Shown: positions 62,728 to 64,000 of the stretch, in pieces | Layout: each line of letters begins with the position of its first letter | How positions within the stretch are numbered: position 1 is the stretch's first letter | Assembly: GCA_001643675.2 (NCBI GenBank) | Contig: LSRY02000075.1 | Span: 43,146 to 107,145 of the forward strand | DNA: 64,000 nucleotides | Reading direction: 5' to 3' | Source of the DNA: Monocercomonoides exilis PA203 | Lineage: Eukaryota; Protista; Preaxostyla | Made by a program: the position numbers and the translations under genes | Notes under the pieces: generated by a model | Told to the model about the DNA's origin: nothing | What the model saw: only the letters and a program-made list of their open reading frames with translations | Databases searched by the model: none

Positions 62728-64000
62728 ATTAATTCTGATTATTTGTTTTTCCACAGTGTGATTGTTATAATTTCAATTTTTGCAAATTTATCTTCAGTAT
62801 ATATCAATTTATTATTTTCATCAAAAAAAGAATTGACAAAAATTTCAATAATCATTTTATTCGAAAAATTAATCAAAAAATGATTCCAAAAAACGAAGTC
62901 ACATTCATGTATTATTAATTGTAATTAAAATCAAAAAAAGAAAAACGAAGTGGGAAGAAGTGTTCTTGAATTTTTGAGACAAATGATGAGTTTGTCAAAT
63001 ATTGTTATATTCATTATTATTCAAACAGAAAAACTATAACAATAATTGTCTGATGATATTTCACAAATGTTTCTCTCCCTGAAGTGAATGCCAAACATTG
63101 TGGATTTTGTTGAACACTTGTTTGTTTGTTGCAACTATGAATTCAGTGAATTGAATATTTAGAATTCAAAAAAAAAGGTGCTCATCATAAAAGAGATAGA
63201 ACAAATTATCCACATTCCGAAAACAGTTATGATTTCAAAAACAATCACCAAACATGAAAAGAATCAAGCAAAGAATAACAAAAAATCAGTGTGAAATAGG
63301 AAGACACAACAATAAATATGTTGGAAGAGGAAATGGATTTTCAAACTTCTTTTCTTGATGCATAAACGTGTCATTTCCTTCAATAAAATGGCAACACCAA
63401 CAAATTGCAGTGAATCAATCAAATTTTGTCCCATTTGTTTGAAAACACCATTGATGCAGTAATTTTGTTGATTTGTCACATTCATTATATATTTTTTATA
63501 AAAAAACCAATCCATCAAACGGGTTTTTTTTATTTATTTCAAATTACCCAAAAAGTTTATCCACAGTGCAGTTAATTTTGAAGAAAATGATTGAAGTGCT
63601 ATATTTTTGCCTCAGACGTTTTTCGATAAGAAAAAAAAAATAAACAAGAAAATTATCGATCAAAAAGACAAGACTGGAAAATTTTCAGTTATTTCTTCAA
63701 AAGAGATATTTTCATCTTTTTTGATATAAAAAGATTTTGTCAAAGTCCAGCTTTTATTAAAAATCACAAATAATTTCAAAAAATTTTTTTATTGTTTGAA
63801 ATGATTTGAATAAAAAAATAAATAAGAACAAGTGCCCCAATGAAAAAAAGGAGACAAATAAAAGTATTGCTCACATATGTTGGTGATTGCCCTCAAACAG
63901 TTGAGATCGAAGTTCAACTGCACTTCCTTGTTGTGGGCATATGTGGCAAAATGTGGTGTTTTTGAATGTGTTTCCACTGACAAATGCTGTCATTGGAAGA
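61603..64000. repeat. Second palindrome: arms 61603-~62727 and ~62887-64000 (runs off the window), centre ~62807
   Basis: Mirror ORFs 62089..62343+ and 63264..63518-. The final bases of the window are the reverse complement of 61603-61622. Confidence 0.95.

Noticed and set aside
1-64000. Genome-wide TAA/TAG=Gln code
   Set aside because: rpL8 terminates with TAG at the expected position, and multi-kilobase host ORFs contain no in-frame TAR codons.

Overview
AT-rich eukaryotic (protist) DNA with short GT-AG introns, many starting GTTTG/GTATTT, and the standard genetic code. The gene families and intron style suggest an oxymonad/metamonad such as Monocercomonoides (inference). The window is dominated by three giant intronless type-I membrane protein genes. 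Each has a signal peptide, 4, 5 or 8 tandem ~350-400 aa Gly/Cys-rich beta-helix-like modules, a TM helix, a Ser-rich linker and an N-lobe-less pseudokinase. All three share a near-constant cytoplasmic tail plus ~3 kb of 3' flank and have variable ectodomains. Genes 1 and 2 sit tail-to-tail in a ~21 kb palindrome (arms ~4541-12800 and ~12995-25888). A complete DIRS1-type tyrosine-recombinase retrotransposon (13069-17707; ITRs, ICR, gag, RT/RNaseH, adenine-MTase-like domain, YR) is inserted next to the palindrome centre. Gene 3 runs into a second, homologous palindrome centred at ~62807. Both centres look like a long-TIR foldback/MITE, and the arms show concerted evolution and patchy gene conversion. 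Between the loci lie rpL8 (uL2), a small 5-exon gene missed by the ORF track, an exportin-4-like gene, a decayed Merlin/ISXO2-type transposase, a degenerate Ser-rich kinase-like region and a cluster of MITEs/hairpins.
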